A stretch of DNA of 64,000 nucleotides from an uncultured Chloroflexia bacterium (GTDB lineage Bacteria > Chloroflexota > Limnocylindria > Limnocylindrales > CSP1-4). Of the stretch, positions 1 to 9,109 are shown piece after piece. The position numbers and the translations under genes were made by a program. Below the pieces are notes generated by a model. The model had not been told where the DNA came from and made no database searches. It worked only from the letters and a program-made list of their open reading frames with translations. The stretch lies in contig CAVQDZ010000008.1 in NCBI GenBank assembly GCA_963711405.1, positions 34,387 through 98,386 of the forward strand, in the 5' to 3' direction. The first letter of the stretch is position 1, and every line of letters begins with the position of its first letter.

Positions 1-727
1 CTTTGAACAGTGAGACCTCGTATTCGCCGAAGTGGACTGGCCCGGCAGTTGCAAGCGCCTTGACGTTGCCATGCGCGTCGGCCAGCGTCACCTTCACGTT
101 GGTGCCGTTATTGGTCTGTCCGCTTACGTAGTTGTCGGCGTGATAGGCGACGATGCCGGGGACAGGCCCATAGGCGAAGAATGTGTCGCCATTGGTGATG
201 TAGCGCACGCCGACGAAGTCGAAGCCCTTCAGGTCCACGTCGGCCGACACATCCAGGACGTAGTTGCCATTGCCGTCCGTGGTGACGGTGTACCAATGAG
301 CCTCGTAGTCCTTGAGGTTGAGCCGGTGCTGGACGACCACGTCGATCTGGCTGTTGGGCGGCCCAAAGATGGTCACGACATCAGTCTCGCGGTTGCTCCG
401 TGGTGTTATGCGCGGAACGTCGACCAGCTTGACCTGGCCGCCGACCTTGACGCGGATCGAGTCGCCGCCGTTGATAAGCACCGGGAAGCAGCCGCCGAAA
501 GCGCCGTCAGCCGCCGTATGCGCGCGAAACGCGCCGCGCACGTGACCTCTGTTGGTGCGCAATGTGGCCGTCACAGGCTTGTCCGCAGGGCCAGTGCCGG
601 CCAACAGGCAGTCAGCCCCGACGGAGACCGTAACCGAGATCGGTATCGTGTCCGCGAGAGCCGGCAGTGGCAGCGCCACGAGCAGGATGATCCCCAACAA
701 AGCCGTAGCGAGCGATTTGGTCTTCAT
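1..727 (-). CDS. secreted repeat-domain protein, partial (C-terminus lies beyond the left edge)
   Basis: Absent from the ORF track because it runs off the window edge. My manual minus-strand translation from the ATG at 727-725 gives MKTKSLATALLGIILLVALPLPALA/DTIPISVTVSVGADCLLAGTGPADKPVTATLRTNRGHVRGAF...DGAFGGCFPVLINGGDSIRVKV..., with no stop down to position 2. The N-terminus looks like a signal peptide. The C..G...DG.F.GC....GD..KV pattern is shared with the gene at 50466..51518. Confidence 0.6.
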   Translation of the reverse strand, partial: MKTKSLATALLGIILLVALPLPALADTIPISVTVSVGADCLLAGTGPADKPVTATLRTNRGHVRGAFRAHTAADGAFGGCFPVLINGGDSIRVKVGGQVKLVDVPRITPRSNRETDVVTIFGPPNSQIDVVVQHRLNLKDYEAHWYTVTTDGNGNYVLDVSADVDLKGFDFVGVRYITNGDTFFAYGPVPGIVAYHADNYVSGQTNNGTNVKVTLADAHGNVKALATAGPVHFGEYEVSLFK

Positions 728-779
728 AACCGGTTGATGCCGCGGGACCCAGACTTTGTCCCCGAGTTGCGGCCGGAAG

Positions 780-1899
780 TTACGGCGTGGGGCGCATGTC
801 CGGCCGCGCGCCGTTCGGTAGCAGCTCGGGATAGGTCACGTCGCCAGTTGAGGGATCGACGAAGCAGATCGACACCGTCTCGACCGGGTTGCCGACTGCG
901 CACGAGAGGATCAGCCCCGACCCATCCGGCAGCCAGCGCGCCTGGGTGGTGCGCAGTTTCGCCGGGTCGGTCTGGTCGGTGATCTGCTTCACATTGGAGC
1001 CGTCCGAGCTCATCGTCCAGAGATTGGACGGATGGTCGACATGCTGCATGTTGCCCAAGTCGTACGTGTTGTAGACGATCAGATTCTTGGTCGGATGCCA
1101 ATCGGGCCAGGCGGCGAAAGAGTCGTACCCGTTCAGCCACTTGACGCTCCCGCCAGCGGACGGAACGGTGCCGATCCGCGTGCCGTCCAGGAAGACGTTG
1201 GTCGGGTCCCAGTGCTCATCGTCGAAAGCAATCGTGCTGCCATCAGGCGACCACGTCGGGGGGTTGTCGAAGTGGTCCGGCCATTTGAGGGTGATCAGTG
1301 GTCGGATATCTCCGGTCGCGAGATTGATGACCGCCACCGAATTCGGAGTCTGAGCCGTAGCACACGAAAGCAATCTGAGTTCCGTCAGGCGACCATGCCG
1401 GCCAGAACGAAGCCACGCACTCACCGCTCGGATCGACCAGGCGTTGCGCGTTGGAGCCGTTGGCGTCCATCAGCCACAGGGTGCCGTCGGGCGCAGCCGC
1501 GTCGATATTGATGAACGCGATCCGGCTCCCATCAGGCGACCATGCCGGACCACGATGCTCGCCGGGCAAGTCCGCCGCGATAACGTGAGCGTCGGCGCCG
1601 TCCGGGCGCGCCAGAAACACGCTCTTGTGGTCCTGCCCCTCTGCGTACCACTCGTAGGCGATCCATTGCGCGCCGTCCGCTATCGGGACCTGCGTCGGCG
1701 TCACAGCGGTCCTGGCCGGTGTCGCAGTCGCAGGGGACGATGCAGTTGGCGTCGCCGTCGGCGCGGATTGCGTAGGAGCGGATGTGGCGGGAGCCGACGT
1801 GGCCGGTACCGACGTGGCGCCGGAAGGTGTTGCGGCTGGGCCAGCGCAACCGCTGGCGGCTAAGGCCAGGATGTAAATCGCGAGGGCGGCCCTTCTCAT
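780..1899 (-). pseudogene. TolB-like PD40 beta-propeller lipoprotein, frame broken once
   Basis: ORF 1243..1899 has a lipobox signal (MRRAALAIYILALAASGC) and WSPDG repeats (PAWSPDGSRIAF, PAWSPDGTQIAF). The protein continues seamlessly in another frame in ORF 780..1424 (PTWSPDGSTIAF, ARWLPDGSGLIL). The junction is at about 1340-1375. Confidence 0.7.
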
Positions 1900-1950
1900 G
1901 CTGTTCTCCTCACCGTTTACGGCCCCCAGTCGGGCGTCTCGCTTTCGGCT

Positions 1951-3291
1951 TCAGGGTACCCACGCGAACTGGGTCCAAGGGCCGCCGCCCAACTCCTCGA
2001 TCTGGAGCGGCGGTGCGCCATTGAATGACGTCACATTTAGACCCGGTTCTCCGTTGGGCCCCGTCATGACCGCGAGCATTGAGCCATCTGGCGAGAACGC
2101 CGGCACTCCCCCCGCGTCCGGGTCCTGAGCCGCAGCCATCGGGGTAATCGACCCGTCCTGGGTAGAGATCATGAAGCGACCGGTGATGTCGGTCGGCTCG
2201 CGGTGAAACGAAATGGGCACGAAATCAACCACGACGCGCGTGCCGTCAGGTGACGAGATGATGCTGCCCACGTCGGCCGCCGGGGTGTCGCCAAGATGGA
2301 GCCCGAAATGTCGTTGCGTTCCGTCGGGCGCGTATACCCACAGGTCGTCGCTTGTGGCGCGCAGCGGGTCGATCTCGTCCGGCCTCGTGGCACTGACGAT
2401 CACGAGGGTCCCGTCGTCCGACCACACGGCGCCGCGCGTACTTGTTCCGGTCGGAAAGTTGGTCACGTTTGTATGCGACCCGGTGCGATCTCCAATGAGG
2501 ATGTCGCCGTCAACCTGCACAAGAAATTGAGATCCGTCGCTTGAGAGGGCGAGGATTGGGCCCTCGCTGACCTGCGTCGCGTTGGAGCCGTCGCCCGCAC
2601 CCACGAGCACTTGGCTTTCAGTTGGGTACCCGGCCGCACTCTCGTCGCTGGACCAAATTACGCAGCAGTAGTAGCCGCCGCCGACCGCCTGTCCCAAGAG
2701 CTCCGTTCGTTTGATGTCGTCGAGCGAACCAATGAATGCGTGATCCGTTTGGCCGGTGAGGGTGTCGCCCGCGACCCAGTGCAGATACGTCCCGCGGGGC
2801 GACCAGTGGACGGGGGTAGTGACCAGGCCTTCCGTGCCTGGAACGGTCGTTCTGGAATTGTCGGCGAGGTTGATCAGCCCCAGGCCCGCCGGGTCTCGAT
2901 AGGCGACACGAGTGCCATCCGGCGACAGCACCAGTCGGTCGACACAATCGAGCAGGCGGTCGCTGGATCCCGTTGCCAATTCCACTCGATACAGCGACTG
3001 GCATTCGTAGGTGCCATTGGTGAGGAGCAGGGCACCTTGGCGCTTGATCGGGTCTGGATGTCGACTGCCGATGTACAGGCCAGCCAGAAGGCCGGCCAGA
3101 AGCAAGGCAAGCAACCCAGCGACCATCCAACGCCGATCTATCCGGGGCCACGCGATGCTCAGGCGTCGGCGCCTGTTCCCCGCCGCGATGGCACCCGCGA
3201 GTGCAGAGGGTTGGACGTCAATCGGTGCCCCTTCCGCGTATGCCTGGAGGGATGCAGCCAGTCGAAGCTCGAACGTCGATCGATCGTTCAT
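1951..3291 (-). CDS. membrane-anchored beta-propeller protein co-transcribed with the ECF sigma (putative anti-sigma or sensor)
   Basis: 446-aa ORF. It has a short cytoplasmic N-terminus, one TM segment (WMVAGLLALLLAGLLAGLYIG), then SPDG/WSP-type repeats (LSPDGTRVAY, HWSPRGTYL, SSPDGTRVVV, FSPDGSMLAV). Its start overlaps the sigma gene stop by 4 nt (3288-3291). No HxxxCxxC zinc anti-sigma motif is present. Confidence 0.55.
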   Translation of the reverse strand: MNDRSTFELRLAASLQAYAEGAPIDVQPSALAGAIAAGNRRRRLSIAWPRIDRRWMVAGLLALLLAGLLAGLYIGSRHPDPIKRQGALLLTNGTYECQSLYRVELATGSSDRLLDCVDRLVLSPDGTRVAYRDPAGLGLINLADNSRTTVPGTEGLVTTPVHWSPRGTYLHWVAGDTLTGQTDHAFIGSLDDIKRTELLGQAVGGGYYCCVIWSSDESAAGYPTESQVLVGAGDGSNATQVSEGPILALSSDGSQFLVQVDGDILIGDRTGSHTNVTNFPTGTSTRGAVWSDDGTLVIVSATRPDEIDPLRATSDDLWVYAPDGTQRHFGLHLGDTPAADVGSIISSPDGTRVVVDFVPISFHREPTDITGRFMISTQDGSITPMAAAQDPDAGGVPAFSPDGSMLAVMTGPNGEPGLNVTSFNGAPPLQIEELGGGPWTQFAWVP

Positions 3292-3866
3292 TGCTTGGTC
3301 CCCTCCCCCGAGTTACCGGGTTCCAGCTCAGCACGGAGACGGTCGAGCAGTCTGGCGAGCCGGCTTCGGACGCCCGACGCGGACATCCCCAGCACACGCG
3401 CAATCTCAGTCGAGTCCAGATCGGCCACGTACCTGAGCGCGAGGAGGCGCCGTTCGTCGGCATTCAGGCCGCGCAATGCGCGCTCCAGATCGACGAGGGC
3501 CGCGTTGTCGCCCGGATCGCCCACCCCGGGAATCATCTGTTCGGAGATATCGGTCACTACTGCGCGGCGCGTGCGGCGGCGCGTTTGCCTCGCCTCGTTG
3601 GCCGCGATTGCAACCAGCCAGGATCGAACCTGACGCGGGTCGCGCAGGCTGCCGATGCGACGCCAGGCGATGGTCCACGCCGACTGAACCGCATCCAGGG
3701 TCTGCTCGCGCTCGCCGACGATCACGTAGGCAACGCGCGCCATCGCAGAGTTGTGCTCCGCTATGAGTCGGGCAAATGCAGTCTCGTCGCCAGCCGCGGC
3801 ACGTCTAACAAGCGCTTCCCCAAGCGCGTCCCCCGCGATGGGTTGCTCAACGACGATTTGCGTCAC
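3288..3866 (-). CDS. RNA polymerase ECF-type sigma-70 factor
   Basis: 192 aa with a GTG start. Region 2-like sequence: FARLIAEHNSAMARVAYVIVGEREQTLDAVQSAWTIAWRRIGSL. Region 4 HTH: LNADERRLLALRYVADLDSTEIARVLGMSASGVRSRLARL. Confidence 0.85.
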   Translation of the reverse strand: MTQIVVEQPIAGDALGEALVRRAAAGDETAFARLIAEHNSAMARVAYVIVGEREQTLDAVQSAWTIAWRRIGSLRDPRQVRSWLVAIAANEARQTRRRTRRAVVTDISEQMIPGVGDPGDNAALVDLERALRGLNADERRLLALRYVADLDSTEIARVLGMSASGVRSRLARLLDRLRAELEPGNSGEGTKQ

Positions 3867-3914
3867 GAGAGGTAGATGCGAGCCTACCCCGAAGTGTCCC
3901 GCGCGAGGACGGAA

Positions 3915-4493
3915 TTAGTCGCTGGCGGTGGGGCGGGGAGTAGCGCCGGGCGTGGTCGGGATGTACAGGATGTCGCCGGGGTGGATCGAGTTCCAGTCGA
4001 CGAGGTTGTTGAAGTCGGCCAACGTCGTCGCGTCGATATTGAACTGGGTCGCGATCTTGGTGATGTTGTCGCCTGGCTTGACGACGTAGGCCTGGCTGCC
4101 GTCGCTGGGCTGTGGGATGGTCGGGATGATCAGCGTCTGGCCGGGGGTGATGACGTAGTTGGGCGGCAGGATCCCGTTGGCTGACGCGATCAGCTGCCAG
4201 GGCACGCCGAATTTGGCGCCGATCAGGCTGAGCGCGTCACCGGGCTGAACGACGTATGTGCCGCCGGGCGTGGGTTGGACGCTGGGGGCCGGCGTCGAGG
4301 TCGGTGCGGGCGTGGCGGAAGGAGCCGCTGATGGCGTGGGCTGGCCGGGCACGAAGCTGGTGCTCGGTCGTGGGGTCTGGCTGGCCGTGGCCACGCCGCC
4401 TGGCGCGATCAACCCGAAATAGAAAGCGGCACCGATGACGGTGCCGACTGCCGCCAGCGCCAGCAGCGCGGCGACCAGGAAGGACATGCGCAC
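3915..4493 (-). CDS. LysM-domain peptidoglycan-binding protein, membrane anchored
   Basis: N-terminal TM segment (FLVAALLALAAVGTVIGAAFYF), a Pro/Thr/Ser linker, then two LysM units (YVVQPGDALSLIGAKFGVPWQLIASANG...PGQTLIIP and YVVKPGDNITKIATQFNIDATTLADFN...PGDILYIP). Confidence 0.85.
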   Translation of the reverse strand: MRMSFLVAALLALAAVGTVIGAAFYFGLIAPGGVATASQTPRPSTSFVPGQPTPSAAPSATPAPTSTPAPSVQPTPGGTYVVQPGDALSLIGAKFGVPWQLIASANGILPPNYVITPGQTLIIPTIPQPSDGSQAYVVKPGDNITKIATQFNIDATTLADFNNLVDWNSIHPGDILYIPTTPGATPRPTASD

Positions 4494-4547
4494 GATGGGC
4501 CGATCATAGCCCGGCCGGCGGGTTTCGCCCTGAAAGCGAGAGCTTCC

Positions 4548-5372
4548 CTAGTGCGGAACTGGCCCCGGCACCGGCCCCGGCGTCGTGCGGCCCGGACCCC
4601 ACACCTCTGGGCCGCAGATGAACGGTCGCGCGGCGTTGCCGTGCGTGGCCTTCCAACGTGGCAGATCGTCAGCCGAGGCGGGTAGTCGGCCGTCCGCGAA
4701 AGCGCGCTCCACCTCCGCCGACACGTCGACGAACGAGTTCCAGTCGACGAACGGCCACCCTTCTGCGGCGCAGATGCGCGCCAGGCTCTCCTTGGCAAAA
4801 ACGAGATCCGCGTGCGCTGCGGCGTAGCGGTCGCTGGTCCCGTCACCGACGAAAACGACGACCCGGCCGGCCTCGTGGTGCAGCCGGACGCGCTCTCGCT
4901 TGCACGTCCCGCACACGAAACACGACGGATGGCTGAACGGGAACGACATTCCCTCCCCGCCGTTCTCGACGCGGTTGGCATTACCCGCCACGAACACGTC
5001 GCGGACGCCCAGCGCCGCCAGGTTCGACTCGATGTAGAAGCCCAGGCCGTCACTGACAACCTCGACCAGAGCGCCGCGCTCCTGTGCCGCGGTCACGAAA
5101 CCGGGGAAAGCCTGGTCCTGGGGCATTGCCGCTGCCTCGCGCCGCAACAGCTCGGCGTCGCGCGGCAGGACGTCCATGTCCCACTTCATGAGCTCGCGTG
5201 AGCCGATTTCGCCCGCGTCATACAGCGCGTCAAGACGCTCGAACTCCGCGCGGTTGTCGTAGTGGCGGCGCAGAAGCTCGTCGCCGATGTCGGTGAGCGA
5301 GATGGTCCCGTCGTAGTCGACGAGAAAGCTGACCGGAGCGCCGCTCCCGTCAGCAGGCCGAGGTGTGCTCAG
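4548..5372 (-). CDS. HAD-superfamily hydrolase (HAD-IB, phosphoserine phosphatase/MtnX-like); start codon unresolved
   Basis: The track ORF 4548..5189 begins at MKWDM, but the open frame continues upstream and contains HAD motif I (VSFLVDYDGTISLTD, my translation of 5333-5290). Other motifs are VVSDG and FVGDGTSDRYAA. There is no in-frame ATG, GTG or TTG between the upstream TGA (~5413) and 5189. Only the CTG at 5372-5370 is available. Confidence 0.6.
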   Translation of the reverse strand: MSTPRPADGSGAPVSFLVDYDGTISLTDIGDELLRRHYDNRAEFERLDALYDAGEIGSRELMKWDMDVLPRDAELLRREAAAMPQDQAFPGFVTAAQERGALVEVVSDGLGFYIESNLAALGVRDVFVAGNANRVENGGEGMSFPFSHPSCFVCGTCKRERVRLHHEAGRVVVFVGDGTSDRYAAAHADLVFAKESLARICAAEGWPFVDWNSFVDVSAEVERAFADGRLPASADDLPRWKATHGNAARPFICGPEVWGPGRTTPGPVPGPVPH

Positions 5373-5551
5373 ATCGAGCCCGCGTCGACGATCGCCTCCA
5401 GGTCCGGCTCAAGGTCGAGCAGCTCATCGTCGGCTTCTTCAGTCAGCTTGAGCCAGATGAACAGACCGGCGAGTGCGACGAGCGGCACGATGACGGTGAC
5501 CGCGAGCAGCACCACTATCAGCAGCACCAGCAGCTTGATGATCCCCATCAC
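5369..5551 (-). CDS. small hydrophobic protein (one or two TM segments) with an acidic tail
   Basis: 60-aa ORF MMGIIKLLVLLIVVLLAVTVIVPLVALAGLFIWLKLTEEADDELLDLEPDLEAIVDAGSI. It lies on the same strand directly upstream of the HAD gene. No homology claim is made. Confidence 0.35.
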   Translation of the reverse strand: MMGIIKLLVLLIVVLLAVTVIVPLVALAGLFIWLKLTEEADDELLDLEPDLEAIVDAGSI

Positions 5552-5694
5552 GAGTTCCTCCGATGAGCTTTTCGCTAGATCGTTGTGAAGTCAGGTTCTT
5601 TGCTGGTCAACGGTAACGCAAAGCGGCGGCGAACGGCCTCACCCATATGGGTCAGGATGTGGCCGCGGTCAGCGGTCACGGTTCGCGGCCGCGA

Positions 5695-6201
5695 TCAGCG
5701 TCCGCGGCCCTTGGGCGCAGCGGCGATCATCGATTCGATCTCCTCACGCGTGAACTCGACCAGCACATGACGCATGCCGGCCCGGGTTGACATCAGCAGA
5801 CGCACCACGAACTGGTGATCCTGCTCGAAGAAGAAGACGTCGCGCGGCTGTTGCTGATCGATGTAGCCGCCCAGTACGCGCAACGCATTCTCGTAAAAGC
5901 CCGACTCGGATGCGCCCGGGCGCTGCTGATTGGGTCCGCGCCCCGGCCGACGACCACGCGCCTCGTCCATGAAGCGCGCCATGTCATCGTCGTGGATGTG
6001 GAACGTCTCCTTGTCGAGACGCGCGTCTGGATCGTTCCACGAGCGCTCCTCGCCGGGCGCGAGCGCAAGGCCCTGAACGACGTAGCCGTCGTCCGTCTCG
6101 TTGACGGTTATCTCGCGCATCCCACGTTGATCGAGCACCGCGCCCAGCGAGCGCAGCACTTCCTCATAGTTTTGGCGCGGTGCGCCCTCGTAAGTCCGCA
6201 T
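5695..6201 (-). CDS. hypothetical protein with an internal two-fold duplication
   Basis: 168 aa. The two halves align: YEEVLRSLGAVLDQRGMREITVNETDDGYVVQGL versus YENALRVLGGYIDQQQPRDVFFFEQDHQFVVRLL. Its ATG (6201-6199) abuts the TGA of the upstream LCP gene (6204-6202), which suggests translational coupling. Confidence 0.5.
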   Translation of the reverse strand: MRTYEGAPRQNYEEVLRSLGAVLDQRGMREITVNETDDGYVVQGLALAPGEERSWNDPDARLDKETFHIHDDDMARFMDEARGRRPGRGPNQQRPGASESGFYENALRVLGGYIDQQQPRDVFFFEQDHQFVVRLLMSTRAGMRHVLVEFTREEIESMIAAAPKGRGR

Positions 6202-7845
6202 TCAGCAAACGGGTGTAGCACCCGGAGACGGTGCCTCGCTAGGGGGCGGTTGGGGGAGTGAAGGGGTAGGTACCGGCCCATTCTTGGCGTACAGACTGGC
6301 GTCGCCAAAGATCTGGTAGGAGAGTGCGGCGATCACATCAAGCTTCAGGAACTGGACCGAGCGGCCGTTGGTCTCATTCCTGTTCAGATGCTGTGCCCAG
6401 TCCGGGAAGTCGAAGACGTATTGCGCGGTAGGCGTCGCGTCGACCCGGTTGGCCAGTGCCAGGAGTCCGTGATCGGGATCGGCGATGAGCTGTGGCGGAA
6501 AGTTCGTGTTCACGACGCCGGCCATCGCCGAGATGATGTCGGGCAGGTTTTGAATGTTCTGCGGCTGGAGAATCGCCTGGCGCATGGCGGTCAGTAGCTG
6601 TTGCTGCCGCTTCGCCCGCGCAAAGTCGCTGCTGCCATGGCGCGAGCGTGCATAGGCCAGGGCCGTGGCGCCGTCCATGTGGTATTCGCCCGGATCGAGA
6701 TGGAAGCCAAATGTGCCGTCGCCGTGGGGATAACTGGCATCGTCGATCACCTTGGTATTGCACACATCCACACCGCCGACCGCGTCGATCAGCTGCGGAA
6801 ATCCGCACAGGTTGATGGACGCGTAATAGTCGATCGGAATACCGAGCAAGTAGCCGATCTCATAGGCGAGAGATGGCTGACCGGGATTGGGATAGCGCGG
6901 ACTCCCATCCGGATTCGTCTGGCCTTTGGTCCAGCCGGCGAACTGGTTGAGCTTGCCGCTGAAGGTTCCACCGGCTGCGTCATACAGCGGGAACTGCGCG
7001 GTATCGCGCGGGAAGCTGAACATGTAGACGTGGTTGGTTGACGTGTCGACGCTGGCGACGATCATCGTGTCGGTATTCGCGCCCGTGACGATGCCGCCGG
7101 CGCAGCGCGTATCCAGCCCGATCAGCAGCACGTTGAGCCAGCCGTCGTCCTGCGCGTCGAGCGTCGTGATGTCGAAGCCGGGCGTGGGACCTGGCTCAAT
7201 CGACGGCGGTGGCTCTGACGGGTTGCTGTACTCGTCGTCAGTCGGGCTTGGCGCAGGCGATTGACCGGACCCCAAGGGTTGGGGTGCCGTGGGGCTGGGC
7301 ACGTTCGCGACCTGACCGTTGCTCGCAGTCGGCCCGTTGCTCGCCGCAGGCTGCGGAGTGCCGAAATCGCAGGCCTGGATGGTGCAGTCCACGCCATTGC
7401 TCAAGCCGCGATCGGCAACGGAGACGCTGTACAGCCAGGAGGCGCCCAGCGGGACTCGGTCGTAGACGCTGAGGAAGAGCAGGAACCCGACAAGAGCTAT
7501 GGGTACGGCCACGCTGGCACGCGTGTAGTGGTACCCGGCGCGCCAGGCGGTGATGATCGCCGCTGACCACCAGATGACAGCAACTATTGAGATGAAGGCG
7601 GCCAGCAGCGCCAGGTTCGGATCGAGAAGCTTGACACCGACGCGGGTCAGGCCGGAGCTGAGCACCCAAACAAGTAGCACCCCGAGCACCACAAGGACCG
7701 GCACGGCGAAGATGAGCGCCTGCCGCCTGAGTCCAAGGTATGCGTGCCCAAGTCCCGGGAAGATGCTGAGGACCGCGGCCACGGCGCCCGATCGCTCACT
7801 GTGTGGGGCTCTACGGCTGGAGCCCTGTTTGACAGCCTGATTCAA
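6202..7845 (-). CDS. LytR-CpsA-Psr (LCP) family cell-envelope phosphotransferase
   Basis: 547 aa with N-terminal TM segments. LCP core: WLNVLLIGLDTR...DTMIVASVDTSTNHVYMFSFPRD...YYASINLCGFPQLIDAVGGVDV...ALAYARSRH. Pro/Ser-rich linker and tail. Track start is a TTG. Confidence 0.85.
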   Translation of the reverse strand: MNQAVKQGSSRRAPHSERSGAVAAVLSIFPGLGHAYLGLRRQALIFAVPVLVVLGVLLVWVLSSGLTRVGVKLLDPNLALLAAFISIVAVIWWSAAIITAWRAGYHYTRASVAVPIALVGFLLFLSVYDRVPLGASWLYSVSVADRGLSNGVDCTIQACDFGTPQPAASNGPTASNGQVANVPSPTAPQPLGSGQSPAPSPTDDEYSNPSEPPPSIEPGPTPGFDITTLDAQDDGWLNVLLIGLDTRCAGGIVTGANTDTMIVASVDTSTNHVYMFSFPRDTAQFPLYDAAGGTFSGKLNQFAGWTKGQTNPDGSPRYPNPGQPSLAYEIGYLLGIPIDYYASINLCGFPQLIDAVGGVDVCNTKVIDDASYPHGDGTFGFHLDPGEYHMDGATALAYARSRHGSSDFARAKRQQQLLTAMRQAILQPQNIQNLPDIISAMAGVVNTNFPPQLIADPDHGLLALANRVDATPTAQYVFDFPDWAQHLNRNETNGRSVQFLKLDVIAALSYQIFGDASLYAKNGPVPTPSLPQPPPSEAPSPGATPVC

Positions 7846-7998
7846 ACGGCGCGCGCCTCCTGCTTCAGCACTCTAGCCGACGACGCTGTGACGCGCAGTG
7901 AAACGCTTTCGTTCCCCTGCGCAACACAATGTTGCGAAAAAAGTACGTGCGCCGGTGGGTACGACGCGGGTTTGCCACGGCCAGATGTGCCGTTGACC

Positions 7999-8940
7999 AT
8001 GGTCGGCGTGAACCGTCTGCTCGTGGCACTTGGTCTCGCGCTTTCCGCGATTGTCGCGACGCAGGTGCCTGTCGCGCTTGGCGCGCCTTCGTCCGTTGTG
8101 ATCCCGGGCGCGCCCAACTGCTACGTCTTTCCGGCCGACAACGTCTGGAATATGCGCGTCGACTCCCTGTCCGTGGCGTCGAATTCTTCGACGATGATCG
8201 CCTCGATCGGCACTGGCTCGTACGTGCATCCCGACTTCTCGTCCGTCAAGGGAGGCAACTACGGCATCCCGTACCAGGTCGTGGGCAACGCCACGGCCAA
8301 GAAGAAGGTCAAGTTCGGGTACGCGGCGCAGTCGGACAAAGGGCCGTACCCCATCCCCAAGAATCCCAAGATCGAGGGCGGCTCCGACCGCCACCTCCTG
8401 ATCGTGCAGCGCGACGAGTGCCGCCTGTACGAGCTGTTTGCGGCACGCAAGACGGCCACCGGCTGGAAGGCCGGATCGGGCGCGATCTGGGACATGTCGT
8501 CGAACGCGCTGCGGCCGGATGGCTGGACCTCTGCCGACGCGGCCGGGCTCCCGATTCTGCCGGGCCTGGTGCGCTACGACGAGGTCGCCGCGGGCGTTAT
8601 CGCGCACGCCCTGCGCTTCACGGCGCCAGTCACGCGCAACACGTACATCTATCCGGCGCGCCACCAGGCCTCCGATTCGACCAGTGCCTCGCTGCCGCCG
8701 ATGGGCCTGCGCGTCCGACTCAAGGCCAACGTCGACATCTCGCACTTCGGCCCGCAGGCGCAGGTCCTGCTCACCGCGCTCAAGCAGTACGGCATGATCC
8801 TGGCCGACAACGGCTCACCCTGGTACGTGACCGGCGCCCCGGCCGTAGGGTGGGATGACGACGACCTCCACCAGCTCCAGACGCTGCACGGCTCCGACTT
8901 CGAGGTCGTCGACACCTCCAACCTCCGCAACGGCCCCTAG
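7999..8940 (+). CDS. conserved secreted protein of unknown function
   Basis: The track ORF 7744..8940 carries a non-protein-like N-terminal extension. The in-frame ATG at 7999 gives a signal peptide (MVGVNRLLVALGLALSAIVATQVPVALGA). The mature part (PNCYVFPADNVWNMRVD...SDRHLLIVQRDECRLYELF...) looks globular. I cannot name a family. Confidence 0.55.
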   Translation: MVGVNRLLVALGLALSAIVATQVPVALGAPSSVVIPGAPNCYVFPADNVWNMRVDSLSVASNSSTMIASIGTGSYVHPDFSSVKGGNYGIPYQVVGNATAKKKVKFGYAAQSDKGPYPIPKNPKIEGGSDRHLLIVQRDECRLYELFAARKTATGWKAGSGAIWDMSSNALRPDGWTSADAAGLPILPGLVRYDEVAAGVIAHALRFTAPVTRNTYIYPARHQASDSTSASLPPMGLRVRLKANVDISHFGPQAQVLLTALKQYGMILADNGSPWYVTGAPAVGWDDDDLHQLQTLHGSDFEVVDTSNLRNGP

Positions 8941-9109
8941 CCCCGCCGCCAGCCCTGCCCCAACCCCACTGCGTTCCGTCAAATCCAGACGATTTCGAGG
9001 ATGGTTTCCGGCCGTCTGAGGTGCCGAGCCGCCTCAATCAATCAAATCCGCGACCCAGTGGCGGTTCTGGCGGGAAATCCGGCCGAAATCGACGCTGCGA
9101 CGCCGGCAC

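Noticed and set aside
32-982. 316-aa plus-strand ORF at the left edge
   Set aside because: It is antisense to two better-supported minus-strand genes (1..727 and 780..1899) and has an Arg/Asp/Val-rich shadow composition.
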